From assembly GCF_009914755.1 (NCBI RefSeq), contig NC_060927.1: 64,000 bases of DNA, one strand, 5' to 3'. Below are positions 1 to 13,734 of the stretch, one piece after another (within the stretch, counting starts at the first letter, position 1; each line of letters opens with the position of its first letter). The DNA comes from the human T2T-CHM13v2.0 reference genome, Homo sapiens. The translations under genes and the position numbers were made by a program. The notes beneath the pieces are model-generated. The model was not told the origin of the DNA, made no database searches, and was given only the letters and a program-made list of their open reading frames with translations.

Positions 1-469
1 GGAGTGGGAGGCAGGCCTCAAGGCTGAATCAGAGCACAATTATTCCTTCAAGGATTATACAGAGAAGAAATATTTTCACTACTTCTCTACAGAGCACTTA
101 TAGCTCTGCTGTGTTACCTTGACACAGAGGAAAGCATAGCAAGTATTAAAGCCTCTAAACCAGCAATTATGTGCCCAAAGAAAAGATACTTCTGTAGACC
201 TTCATTTTTTAAATTATATTCTTCATATATGGCTAAAGCTTTTCTTTAGTTGTGAGAAAACTTGCCCCTTCTTGTTTCAAAAAATTAAAAATCTAAAAAA
301 AAAAGAATCCACACAAACTAATACAAATTCCATATTAAATTGTAGTCATTATGTTTATCAATTACACACAAAGTAATTATCAAATAATCATGTTTTAGCG
401 GAATCTAATCTTTTTCATTGTGTTGAAGGAGGAATCCATCACTTATATTTTGTTGTTGTGCACTTATCA

Positions 470-1770
470 ACAATAATTTTTAATATTTTTCAAATGCTTA
501 TTTAGCATCTGCACAGGTGATTAAATTATTTTTTCCATAGATTTCTTATCAAACAGAATCATACTAATAAGTTCCTAATATTAAGCCATTCTTGCATTCC
601 TGAAATAACCCATACTAGATTATAATGTGGCATGATTTGCAAGAACTGCTTAATTTGAGTTATAAATATTTTATTTTAGATTTTTAATAAATAATAAAAT
701 AATACATAAGATTCTTGTGTTTAGTACAATCTTTGTCAGGTTTTTATATCAATAATACACTCAGTCCCTTAAGATAGTTTGTAAATGTACCTTTATTTTT
801 TACATGCTGTAATAAATTAAAGAGCATTACAATTATTTAAAAATTTGATTAAACCCCCTACGTAACCATCTGAGCCTGAGGTTTTTGAGTGGGATCTTCT
901 TGATAGCATTCAATATTTCTTAAATGAAAATAGATTAATTTGAATTATTTTTTAAAAGTCTGTTTTGATAATTATATTTTCCTATAAAATTATACATTTC
1001 ATTCAGGTGTCTAAATGTATTCATACAAATAATAATATTAATTTTCTTTTCTCTCTTTTTAAATTATTTATTTTTAGAGATGTAATCTAGCTATGTTGCC
1101 CAAATGCCAGGGCTCAAGTGATCCTCTCACCACAGCATCCCACATTTTTCTTTTTGTGATTAGTCAACCGTTTATTTTACTGTTCTACTCCCAAAATCTA
1201 TTTGCATATTGCTTTTACTGTTTTTAAGTTTTCACAATAATTTATTTTTGCATTTATCTTTATTATAAATTCCTTACTTAGACCTTTTATTAGTGTATTT
1301 TATTTTTTCTAATTATTTTGCATCTGACACTTAATTTATTTGTCCTTATTCTTTCTTTCTTAAAAAAATGAATATAAGTTTTAAGGTTTTGAGTTTCCCT
1401 TAGAGCATTATGTCCCTTGGGTTCTGATAGATATTATTTTTATTTTTCTCTGTAAATCTTATTCTCCAGTTTTGGTTTTTCCTCTTTGAACTAAGAGCTG
1501 TTCGAAAGAGAGCATTTAAATCCCTCAGTGGAAGAATCTTTTGTGGGGGACTGATTTTGTTTGTATGCATAGATTTTCTGCACCATCATGGGAATATTAT
1601 CTGTATTTTTTCACTTTCATAAATTTATTGAAATTACTTCTGGCGTAATATTTGGTTAATTTTTATGAATGTTCCATCTGCTCTTAAAAAGAAGATATAT
1701 TTACATTTGTAGGAAATTGAACATTATTTATACACTATTAGTTAGATCAGCCTCTTAAATTATTTTTTTT
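470..1770 (-). mobile_element. Old L1M ORF2 fragment, interrupted by a short FLAM/AluJ piece at ~1050-1143
   Basis: Degenerate antisense L1 ORF2 motifs (ttaagccattcttgcattcctgaaataacccc; caaatgcttatttagcatct); T-rich; boundaries approximate. Confidence 0.6.
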
Positions 1771-1777
1771 GGGTAGT

Positions 1778-2157
1778 TGCTATAGACTGAATGTTTGTGT
1801 CCCACCCAAAATTTGTATGTTGAAACTAATCTTCAAGATGATGGCTGATGGTATTTGGAGGTGGGGCCTGTGGGAAGTGGTTAGCTCTTGGGGGAAGGGT
1901 GGCTAATAAATGGGAATAGTACCCTTATAAAAGAGACCACAGAGAGCTCCCTTCCCCTTTCCACCATGTGAGGACACAGTAAAAGTACAGCTGTAGAGAT
2001 AACAGGAAGCGTCCCTCACCAAACGCCAGATCTGCAGCACCTTGTTCTTGGACTTCCCAGCCTCCCAAACAGTGAAACAGTGAGAAATAAAGCTCTGTTG
2101 TTTGTAAGCCACCAAGTCTATGATATTCTGTTATAACAACCCTAACTGACTAAGCCA
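1778..2157 (+). mobile_element. MLT1A/MLT1A0-like MaLR solo LTR
   Basis: Starts tgctatagactgaatgtttgtgtccc; has ggacttcccagcctcc and gagaaataaa; ends ctgactaagcca. Confidence 0.85.
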
Positions 2158-4035
2158 GCTGCCAACACTTACAGTTTGTCAACTTCATTTGTCACAATCT
2201 GAGTATATTAGCCAGCTACTATTGTTTCCATTTATCTTTATACTTTTATAATTTTCTCTAGTACAACTTTGAGATCATGAGCTATTGGCCATTTGAGGTT
2301 TGTAAGGTATATGTACAGATGCATCTACATATTAATGTTATGTGCCATGTTCATGATAGGGTATGTTGTTTCTAAATTTAACTTTATTTTCTCCAAATTG
2401 CAGTGTGTATATTATGAGGTAAAGAAACTGAATAAAATAAAATCATGTCATTCTCATTACTCTACTGATTCTCTAATAGACAACAAACCTTATCTGCCCC
2501 TATCATATTAGAAAAATCCTGTGAGTACCTTTTAAACATTTCTATGCAACCAGGAGCAGATTTTCATAAGACCTGGTCTTTTTAATAGCTTTTTCACAAG
2601 AAAACTGGCTTTTACATCAGTAATTTAAATACTAAGTTCACCCACATTTTCATGTTTTCTTGGTGTGTGAAAAGTGGGCTTAAACTCCTCACATGACTTC
2701 TACAGAGAAGGAAACAGAGAGAAACCAGTCTCTCCTGACCTGAAAAACGAAGTAGCCACTGGACTGTGGGCGTGAATTGTTCTAAAGAATTCAGTGCCTT
2801 GTCACACTGTTCTGCCTGGTCCATCTTTGAATAAAAAGTGCCTAAGCAGAGTTTCTTTTTCTTATTATTATCTGCTTGCTACTCTTCCCCCAAATCAAAC
2901 TAACGTGTATTCTAGATCTCTAAATTACTTGCTCCTTCTTCAGAGCCCTCAGCCACTCAATCTGTTACCTCCTTTTTCAAGCTGTATTTTTTCTTTCTTT
3001 TTTTCTAAGTAAACCTGACCCACGAAGTCTTTCTTCATATCTTCAGATTTTAGCATTAATAACAAGTCTTCTCCGAAGAAATATCAAAGAGCTTTACATT
3101 CTATTAATTATTCTCCTCATGTTTTCATCTCCTTCCTGTGTGATAGTTCCTCATATTTAGACAGTCATATAATAAATGTTAAACTCCTTGAAGAAAAGGA
3201 ACATGCACTTCAGCAAAATGACTAGAACATTCTTTTATTCCAGTGAAACTGAAAAAAGAAAAAAAAAACTATGTTTCTACAGTTACATGTATCAGCTATT
3301 AATATTCTAATCACAGATTTTGAAACTAGAAAAGAAATATCATTGAGTCAAATCCATGTATGTTAAAGTTAACGAAGCTGATCCACAAAGGGGGGAAATG
3401 ATTCTCTTAATACCTAAAACAACTCTATCATTGTTCAGTAGCCTATTTCTTCAAACAATATTTCTACTCATCATTTATATTATCCCTGCATAAGGATAAC
3501 TTCCTAGGTTTGTCCTTCAGTCATTTGAGCTACAGATCCAGGGAGGAAAGAGTTGTATGTTTTGTAAATCTGACCACTGAGCTTCCCTCTAAATGGGGAG
3601 TGGCTTGGGTGACCTGAGAAAAGGGTTACATTTGTATAAATAATGTGCACTAATGGTGTTCATGCTGCTAAAAAAATGCTCCTGCTTTCAAACTATGCTG
3701 CCTGGAGAGCACAGGTGGATTTGTGGATTAGCTGTTTAAATATTTATGAAGCTATTTAGACATATTTTATTTATTGTAAAAATGTTTATACTATAATTAT
3801 TTCAAGAATTAAGCTTTCACATGCTATCAGAGGCTTAAACTAAAATCTAATTATTCTCAATCATATCCTCCTAATGCTAGGTCATGTCCAAGTGGCAAAG
3901 GGTGAGAAAAGTTCTTTAATGGATATTTGTTGTCATAAACTTATTGATCAATCAATCAATCAACTCATATTTTCAAAGCATCTCCTTTGTGACAATCTTT
4001 GGAGAGATGTGTTGGGTACTCTAACACAGACTTAC

Positions 4036-4161
4036 AATGATAGTAAATACATTTACTACTTACAAAGTATCAGGAGCTGGCATACATTAACTAATTTAAC
4101 ACAAAAGATAATCATTGAAGTAGGTCCTATTATCATTCCCTCTATATAGATGAAGAAACAG
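4036..4161 (-). mobile_element. MIR fragment
   Basis: Reverse MIR core: gaagtaggtcctattatcattccctctatatagatgaagaaaca. Confidence 0.55.
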
Positions 4162-6473
4162 TCATTAGATTTTAAGAACTCAATGTTAATTCGAAGGCAT
4201 AGGTTATTAGTGTAAGTACAACCAACAACTCTTGATAAATGTCAAAGTAGGATTGAGAATCAATTAAAGACTTATGAGAGTTGCAAAAATAAATCACACA
4301 ACTGAGTGATTAAAATACAAAGAAATCAGATATCTGTAAAGTCGTGACCTATGTACCATACTTGGCCATAGTCAAATGTATATTATGTAGCTCACATTTT
4401 GATGCATTTAATTATCTCCCAAAATTGAATAATCAGCAGACTTCACATAAAATACCAGATTTCTGGCTCCTCGTATAAAACAAAAAATTAGAAGATCTAG
4501 AAGCTCTTGCTTCACATTTTCATATGATCACAGTCAGCTGGATCTAAGTACCGTTTACATGTCTTAGGTTAGTATTTACTCTCCAATTTACCATAATCAC
4601 CACTGCTCTCTAATGTCTCTTAGAAGGAGCCTAACTCACTCAGATATTCTGCTCTCCTGGCTTATGTAGTCAAATGTGCTAATGTACATTGCTTCCTTAT
4701 CATTACTGGGAGCAAGATGTTATCGGACATGTGAAATGAACATACCATTATTTTCCCTGTCCAGAAGCTAATGGTCCCATTTAGTAGAGAATAAAAAGAA
4801 TAGCTCAGAGCAGGCTCTCAGTTTCATTCGTGTATTCACTAATAGTGCATCCATGAGAATTAGATATTATTCCCCTTAAATATACAGGGACCATATAGTC
4901 TTTATCATTCATACATGACACTTATTTCTCAGTGTGGGTGTGGGTGTGTGTGTGAGAGAGAGATACCTGCACATGGACATGTGATTACTAGCCTAAGGCC
5001 AACAAATACTCTTGATTAGGATGTATAGGTCAAACAAAATTTTTAAAAGCTCATATTATATGACTTCAAGGTTGTTAACCTAATCATTTCATGGTAATTA
5101 GAAACCCTAATTGACAGCTTAGATTTATTTCTTAAAAACCTAAATAAACCCATTGTTTTAGGCATTCTTTCAAAGGCAATCTTTTCTCAGTGAAAATACT
5201 GCGGGACTATTCTATTTGGTGCTTAGTGAAAATATTTTGAAATAATGTATGTACAATTATTAAATTCAAAATTATTTTTGTCAAATAAATAGCAGTTAAA
5301 AAAAAAAAAAAAGCTCAGATCTCTCCCTTTCTTTCCTTTTCCTCCAAGTATATTTTAGTTAATTTTCTTTTTTTTAAAGCACTCTGTTTGATTTGAGGGT
5401 GTTTTTTCTTTTTTTTTTTCAAGGTAGGACACCACTCAATTTTGAAGCAAATTAGTTGAAAATTTAAAAATCAGTTAAAAATCATAGTTCCTACTATTTT
5501 CACTTTTCATACACAAAATTTTAATACCACTCTTCAGTAATTTTCTTTCTCTCTTTTATTTTACTTTCCTTTATCCCTTCTAGCCTCCAGGAGAGAAACA
5601 CAATTTTGGGCAATGACCACAAGTAAGACCAAACCTCAAACCCAGTAAGATGACACGCCTGATGCTCGAACTGTGCATTTAAATAAAAAACCACAGGCAG
5701 ACACAATCCTTTCTCCATACAGACCACTAGACAGAAAAGTTTGGGGATTTTAAATTTCAAGCTTCCTGACCTCAGAAGTTCCCACTGTGAATCACAGTCA
5801 CATATACCTGTTACAGTACACTTCTTTTCCTCAGTCTATTTAGGAAACTGTCTTTGTGCATTGGCCCTCAAAATTTCTCATTTTGTGTGCTTCTGGTATG
5901 GTGGCTTGTCAACTCTTCATTGAGTTGAATTAGAAAGCAGAAGAGAATGCAGGAGCAGGCCCTTTATCAAGAATTTCTGTAGTCTTACTTACAAAATTTC
6001 AGGCCTTATTTTCCCTTCTTAACTTTTTTTTCATGGCATTTATGTTTTGCACCACAAAAGACAGAAAACATGCTTTTAAAAGAAGCAATTGCAAGTGAAA
6101 GTTTTTAGGAGGGAAAAGACACATGAGGAAAGGGTGACGTGGCTTATTTTGAAAGTGTGAATCACACACTGGAACCGTGATGCCACCAAAAAAACCATGG
6201 AAATACACCTTCAGAGGTGAAAATATGATTTTCAGGAATGTGATAATAGTTTCTACAGAGCACACAGAAAATATCACTGAAATTTTGTTATTCCTTTTAT
6301 TTCTCACTAAAAAGATTAGAAAATTGAAAATAAGACCTTATCATAACAAATAAATTTGATATCAACCTTTAAAGTTTTTGTTAAAATTAAATCTCAGAAC
6401 TGTCTTAGAAAAACATTTGTACTATCCTGCCCATTTCTTAGTTAAGTACCATTGTTGAGTGACCTTGGAATAG

Positions 6474-6647
6474 CAATGGTTCTCACACTTGGCTGGATAT
6501 TGAAATCACATAGGGACTTAAAAAGTGCCGATGTCTGGGTCCCAACCACAGATATTGCCATGTCATTGATCTGGGGAACAGCCTGGACATCAAAACTTTT
6601 TTAAGCTCCCAAGTGATTCAGATTTCAACCAAGTTTGTAAACTACTA
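6474..6647. mobile_element. MER5-family hAT-Charlie MITE
   Basis: caatggttctcacacttggctg...ctcccaagtgattc...gtttgtaaactact follows the MER5 layout. Confidence 0.7.
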
Positions 6648-7899
6648 AAAAGAGGAAATTATTTTAACTATAAAAATAGAAGGAGAACATATAAAGAAGT
6701 AATATTAAGGAGAGAAATCAGAGTCCCTCTTTTCTTTCTGAAACAAGTCATCACACATATAGAAAAGAGGGAAGAAGTAATTTTGTTCTCCATAGAAGAG
6801 ATAAACAATAGAAAACATTTATACTTTGCACTAAATTCTTTATTAGATTTAATGACATATCAAACAAAAATAGCAATTTCATATTGTTCAACCTATGCCA
6901 CAATTGGCTGACAAATATAGATATATTAAACAATGGTAAAATGTTTAACAATATAAAGGAAATTACTATGTATCAATCAGGTTTACTCATGTGTAAAAAA
7001 TATCTTTTTCTTAAAATTTTATATTACTTTACAGTTTCCCAAATACTTTAATACTTAATGTCTTATTTGATTATCCCAATATCTCAACATGGAAGAGTGG
7101 GAAGATATCTTCATTTTACAGAAAACTTAAGGGGCATGCCAAAGGTAACACTTGCTTGAGGTTAGGCCCAGAAAGACAGTCCAATGTCTCCGTGGATAAA
7201 CGTTGATTTCTTAAACCAGCCATTTCTTGTTTTGAAAGCTCTTCACTTTTTAGATAATATGACCCCAGAACTTAGGGGCATTTATGTGTCTAATAACAAC
7301 TCTCTTGAAAGCTTTCTGAGAATAAGATGAAGATGCTGTGGTTGAATGTACAGAAAAGATGACTATGTCCTCCATGAAAACAGGATAGTACCACTTCCAT
7401 GATCTTTTGAGTATAGAGAGAGGTAACTTTCTTAAAGAAAAAAAATAACTGCAATTAGAGTTATAATAGGATCACCTTTGTTCTAGACTGTGTATATGGT
7501 ATATTAATGGCATTTAATATCTGATTTAATCCCTTAAATAAGCGTATCGCCCTTTAACAAGGAAGGAACTAGGATTCAGAGATTTGTGTAACTTTGGTGT
7601 GCATACTCTTTCCATAAGTCTAGAGGCATACCAAAAAAAAAAAAAAAAAAAGAAAATTAACTCTCTTGAGGATGAGTAGTCATGAGTTCTATTCTTGGTT
7701 CTGTCACCAACTTCTTATATGATCCTCATCCCACAAAAATATTCTCCACTTCTCAGAAGGTCAAGTCTTAAGGCCTCATCTAACTCTAAACTTGCGTTAA
7801 GTATAGGGGCCATAGTTCAAAATGCAACTCTAAAATGCTTAGAATTTAGCTTCTGTTTGTAAAATGCAGCAGGTATTTACTGTCTGCACCGCTCATATG

Positions 7900-9312
7900 T
7901 TTTAACTTAGTCTAATCCAAAGACCTCTATTTTCCTCCAGTGAACCACCTTCCTTTTCCCAGTCATAGTGCAAGAACTTCAGGCAGAACTGTTTCCACCT
8001 CTGATTTCCTGAACTGACATGTGACTTCAGCCTCATTGGTTATATACTCTTCACCATGGTAATTCAGGGATGGGAGGTAACCCAATTCCGATCAAAGAGA
8101 TCAGGGTTAAGAGTTATTTTTCCAAATTAGTCTAAGGAAAGTTTGTTTTCTTTCTTGCTGAACCCGGAGGCCGAATGACATAGGCCTGGAGCTGCTGATG
8201 GCTCTTGGTGGAACCTGAGAATTAAACCAGTTTCATTGCACAGCCAAGGGATGGACGTAAAAGATGACCTGTCAATATTGTTTGAATCCCTAAATCAAAA
8301 GTTTTCTACAATTTTTCAGTGGTATGAGTAATAAATTTCCTTTTTCTTTTTTTTTTAATTATTATTTTAATTTAAGTTTTAGGGTACATGTGCACATTGT
8401 GCAGGTTAGTTACATATGTATACATGTGCCATGCTGGTGTGCTGCACCCATTAACTCATCATTTAGCATTAGGTATATCTCCCAATGCTATCCCTCCCCC
8501 CTCCCCCCACCCCACCACAGTCCCCAGAGTGTGATGTTCCCCTTCCTGTGTCCATGTGTTCTCATTGTTCAATTCCCACCTATGAGTGAGAATATGCGGT
8601 GTTTGGTTTTTTGTTCTTGCGATAGTTTACTGAGAATGATGATTTCCAATTTCATCCACGTCCCTACAAAGGACATGAACTCATCCTTTTTTATGGCTGC
8701 ATAGTATTCCATGGTGTATATGTGCCACATTTTCTTAATCCAGTCTATCATTGTTGGACATTTGGGTTGGTTCCAAGTCTTTGCTATTGTGAATAGTGCC
8801 ACAATAAACATATGTGTGCATGTGTCTTTATAGCAGCATGATTTATAGTCCTTTGGGTATATACCCAGTAATAGGATGGCTGGGTCAAATGGTATTTCTA
8901 GTTCTAGATCCCTGAGGAATCGCCACACTGACTTCCACAATGGTTGAACTAGTTTACAGTCCCACCAACAGTGTAAAAGTGTTCCTATTTCTCCACATCC
9001 TCTCCAGCACCTGTTGTTTCCTGACTTTTTAATGATTGCCATTCTAACTGGTGTGAGATGGTATCTCATTGTGGTTTTGATTTGCATTTCTCTGATGGCC
9101 AGTGATGGTGAGCATTTTTTCATGTGTTTTTTGGCTGCATAAATGTCTTCTGACAAAGGGCTAATATCCAGAATCTACAATGAACTCAAACAAATTTACA
9201 AGAAAAAAACAACCCCATCAAAAAGTGGGCGAAGGACATAAATTTCCTTTTTCTGTTTAAGTCAACTTGGTTTGATTTTCTGTCACTTGGAACTGAAAAA
9301 TTTCTAGCCAGT
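7900..9312 (+). mobile_element. Old MLT1 (J/K-like) LTR split by the L1PA3 insertion
   Basis: MLT1 3' end ataaatttcctttttctgtttaagtcaacttggtttgattttctgtcacttgg resumes after the L1; start approximate. Confidence 0.55.
8348..9239 (-). mobile_element. 5'-truncated, 5'-inverted L1PA3-like LINE-1 with 17-bp TSD
   Basis: Poly(T), L1 3'UTR and ORF2 C-terminus (ORF 8569-9156); gctaaatgatgagttaatggg is PA3-type; inverted piece 9149-9239; TSD ataaatttcctttttct at 8331-8347 and 9238-9254. Confidence 0.95.
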
Positions 9313-11194
9313 ACTTACACCCCAAGCACATCCTTTATTGGAAAACACAGAAACATTTGGGTGATTTAAAAGATAGAACATTGGGTGATAGAAAAGAAAC
9401 AATGGGTGATTATTATGGGTTTAGGTCATGGATGCCTTTGTGACAAAGGACTTAATTTAATCTGAGCTCCGGCAAAGCAGACGACTCATTAGAAAGCTTT
9501 CGGATATACATGAAAGAATGTCTCTTTCAAATAGGATTAAACAATAGAGGTAGTTAATGACACAAGTAACTGTAAGGACTAAAGGTTCATCAAGATCAAG
9601 CAGACCAACGATATTACAAAGATCCAATTTATTTCTATATTTCTGTGTCATCTTTTGCAATGGCTGTTTCATCTTAATGCTGTCGCAAAATGGCCACCAG
9701 CAGTTACAAGAGTTACAAACCACTTTGTTCTCTTCCTACAAGTCAAGAGAACATTATTTCTGACAGCTCTCTTAAAAGTGTAAGAAAACTTCTTTCTTAG
9801 ACGCCCTCATTAAATGTCTGCTCATAACTAATTGGCCCTCCTTGGTTCCTGTGCCTTGAAACCCTACCTGTGGCCCTGGGAACTGAATGTGCTAATCTGC
9901 TTAAATTGGGACTGGGTTTAGCTTCACCAGAAGCACAAACGCTAAGTAAGGGGAGAGAAGGAGTGAACATCACAGCCACAATCAGGATACTATCGCTAAG
10001 AGGATGAGGGAGTCGGATACTGAACTGTGAAAAATTACAAATGTTACAGACAGCATCAAGTGGCCAAACAATTACAGCAGATTGTATCTGAATAAAAATT
10101 ATTACATGGGCCCTAAGTCTGTGGGCTGCATTTTTGTGCCAAACTGATTACTTTCCACAGCTCTCCAGGTTGTGAAGTACATGTGGAAGGACTTCAATGA
10201 AGAAAGTTGTGTTGAAAAAAGAATGGGATGGGGCCTGTTGAACCAGGTGGCCTTGCCTGCATTTCAGAGGTCGCTCTCCAAAGTCATATGTAAAATCTGG
10301 ATTAATTAATTTTGATGGATACAACTTGAAGGTGAATGAAACTCTCTGTATATAGTGAAGCCAAGCTGTTTCCAGGAAGGAATATTTCTGTTAAACTTAG
10401 CATTTTTGGTATAAACATAAACGTGTATAGTTCAATGTCCACATTAACCACAAAACATGGGATTTGCCTCCATAAAGCATGCAAAATTGTTTGAGGCTAC
10501 ATTATGGTTTCACATTTTCAGTTCTCTCCGTAATTTATGTATTCATTTCACAAGTATTTAGTAGTCTCACTGCATGCCAGAAGCCATGTTACTCACTAGG
10601 TTTTAACAGTGGGCCCATGGTCCAAACTCTGCATTGAGTGTCCCACAAAAAATGTCTACAAGGTGAACTAGGAAGGAGTACTAGTAATAAAAGGATTTGC
10701 AGGCAAGACAGCCGAAGTCTGATAAATGTCCACACCAAAATTATCATCTCTACTTACAGATAAAGAAACAGGACTTCAGACAAGATGAGTCATGAATTCT
10801 TTATTTTCATACTCTCTAAGAGTTAACAAGTCACCAGTTGTACCATGGTGAGAGACGTTTATGATGTATATGAATTCCTGGGATATAGGATTGATTTTTG
10901 TTTGGTATCCTGCTGTATTTTGTTCTAGTTTTTAATTCCTATAAGTTTTAGCCATCATGTAAGAATTCAGCTGGATTCATACAAAAATTATTGATAATTA
11001 GTTACCCTTAGTTTCAGGTTTCCATATATCTTGCTTTATAAGGTACTTCTAAAGTCATAAGAGAAATTTAATCAATAAAATTATCAAATATTTAGCATAT
11101 TTAAATCTCAGCTGATCCACAAGGCATGAATTAGAGCCAACATGAACACCCCTTCTTAAGAGATATTTAATTTTCAGTTCTGACTCAAAGATAT

Positions 11195-12000
11195 TTATTC
11201 ATTCTTTATTCAAGAGCTAGTTGAGTGTGTGTAGCACTGTAATTGATGCTATTAATACAATGAATTAATTAGAAATTTGGTTGTTGCCGAAATAAACAGA
11301 ACCCATACTAGCTTAAACAAAATAAAAAAAAATTAAAAATGCAACATTTTGACTAATTTAACCAAACTGTAGATGGGGCAGAAATGGAACCAGTCTTTGG
11401 ATACCACAGCACCAGGGACTCTAATACTTTGGACTTCTTTCTTTCTGCCTGTCTCTCTCTTTTTCTCTTTTATACTTTATCTTATCCCTGATTACGCATG
11501 TTGATCTTATTCCCTTGGGCCAGCTGCTCTGATGAAGGTGGATCCAGGGCATTAGACAATTCTGGAATTATATCCACATGACCTACTAACCAAGAGGAAA
11601 ACAGTACCTTCCTCACCATGTTCACTTTAAGGACTTCACTGTGAGTCATATGCCACGCCCAACCTCAACCACACAGGTGTTGGGGGCTCATGAGTTAAAC
11701 CCGGTCACAAGACAAAAACTTTGGCCAAAGTTAGTATAATTTTCAAAAGAAATGTAGAAGAAATCATCAAAACAGATGTGATCCCTGCCATCATCAGAGC
11801 TTTCAGTATAACGTGCAGGACAAAATGTGAAACACATAAATTCATATTAATTACAATCGAGATGAGTGTTACTTAGAAGAAGGATATTTTAGAAAACATA
11901 ATATGGATAGTCAGAAAAGGATTCTTCCAAGAAAGTGATGCCTAAGAGAGCATAGTAGTTAACTAGATGAAGGGTGTGAGACGTTCCCAGGCAGAGGGGA
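11195..12000 (-). mobile_element. L2 3' fragment interrupted by an old LTR (~11275-11760)
   Basis: tattcattctttattcaa L2 tail; resumes at acagatgtgatccctgcc...gttcccaggcagaggg. Confidence 0.5.
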
Positions 12001-12852
12001 AAAGAGGAAAAATGGAAAGTATAATGAAGGCCCAAAAATATGCTTTACAGAGTAAAAATTAGAAGGTTAAAACATCAAAAGGGATCTTGGATAACCTTTA
12101 ATAAGATTTTTTTTAACTTCTAAGGGTGTATGAGAGCTAATATTTTATTCACTTCATTAACATCTTTTCTTAATCCAGTTACACTTACAGAACAAGCACA
12201 GGGCTAGGATCAGAAGACCTGCTTCTGACACTCCATATACTGGATGACCTCAAGCAAATCAAGCATTTTTCCCTGTCAAGCATTTTCCTCTGGGCACTCC
12301 ATTTTCTCATCTTTATATGAAGGAGATTGGATTGGACTAAGACATCATTCCTAATAGTCTGTGCCTCATGCAAATGATGTAAGCTTTGAGACCAGCAAGA
12401 TTTGACATTAATTTGGGGTAAGGACAGAATGGGATTAAGCATTAGCCCCATGGAGTGTCATATGATGAACGGCACTAAAACTTTACCAGGGTGATAAAAA
12501 ACTACATGAAAATACAATGAGATGAAAAAAATATATATTTAATAGAGTCATTGACAGGAAAGGTTCATTTAAAAGGACTACTTGGATAAGTCACCCAGGT
12601 TGGGGATAAGACCACCAAGTGACATGCTCATGGAAGAGGAACCTCTGAGCTATCTTCTAAGGAAAATCAGGCTGGGTAACTGAGTAGTTTTGTTTTTCTG
12701 ATTAGGGTCTACTAATTTGTCATCAAAGTGAATTGTTTAGGAAAACAAAGTAGAGGATGAAAAATGCTAACCAGCCGTGGTCCTCCATCTCCATCTATTT
12801 TCTATACAAATCTCAGACTATTCCATCTTCTAAAACTGAAAACATATTTACT

Positions 12853-13270
12853 GCCTGGGTGCAGTGGCTCATGCCTGTAAACCTAGCAGTTTGGGAGGCT
12901 GAGGCAGGAGGATTGCTTGAGCCCCAAAGTTTGAAACCAGCCTTGGAAACATAGTGAGATCCCACCTCTATAACACGTAAAAAATTAGCCAGGCATGGGG
13001 CAGTGTGCCTATAGTCCCAGCTACTCAGGATGCTGAGGTGGGAGAATCCCTTGAGCCCAGGAGATCAATGCAGCAGTGAGCTGTGATTTTGCCACCATAC
13101 TCCAGCCTGGGTGACAGATTGAGACCCTGCGAAAGAAAGAAAAGAGAAAAGAAAGAAAGAAGGAAGGAAGGAAGGAAGGAAGGAAGGAAGGAAGGAAGGA
13201 AGGAAGGAAGGAAGGAAAGAAAGGAAAGGAAAAGAAAAAAGAAAAGAAAAGAAGGAAAGAAAGAAGAAAA
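12853..13270 (+). mobile_element. AluJ with GAAA/GGAA tail
   Basis: Dimeric Alu with J-type ggattgcttgagccc; TSD gaaaacatatttact at 12838-12852 and 13271-13285. Confidence 0.95.
13162..13217 (+). repeat. (GGAA)14 microsatellite inside a 145-nt purine-only tract (13131-13275)
   Basis: Counted directly. Confidence 0.95.
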
Positions 13271-13431
13271 GAAAACATATTTACTGGATATTGGTTTGAA
13301 AGGTTGCCAAAGTATTAGGCTGTCCAGAATATGGGTTTTGGTACAGTGCTGGTAAGGAGGAGTGCCTTTTGGGTTACTGAATACCACACTACTGCACTTA
13401 CCTAAGGTAACAGATGGAGGTGGCCAAGTCT

Positions 13432-13734
13432 TTCTTTTGTTTGTTTGTTTTAGAGATGAGAGTCTCACTCTATTGCCCAGTCTGGAGTGCAGTGGTGCAA
13501 TGATAGATCATTGTAACCTAGAAGTCTTGGGATCAAGCCATCCTCCCACTTTAGCCTCTCTAGTAGCTGGGACTACAGGAGTAGGCTACCATGCCTGGCT
13601 AATTTTTTTCCCCCAGTAGAGACAGGGTCTTGCTATGTTGCTCAGGCTAAGCTCAAACTCCTAGCCTCAAGTGATACTTCTGCCTCAGCCTCTCAAAGTG
13701 TTGGGATTAGAGGTATGAGCCACTGCATTAGGCC
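13432..13734 (-). mobile_element. AluJ
   Basis: Reverse Alu with (TTTG) tail; degenerate TSD tggccaagtct / tgggcaaatct. Confidence 0.93.

Noticed and set aside
8569-9156. 195-aa ORF
   Set aside because: C-terminal remnant of L1 ORF2; its start codon is created by the inversion junction
13021-13468. Low-complexity ORFs (FLPS / RKEG repeats)
   Set aside because: Translations of the GGAA microsatellite and Alu
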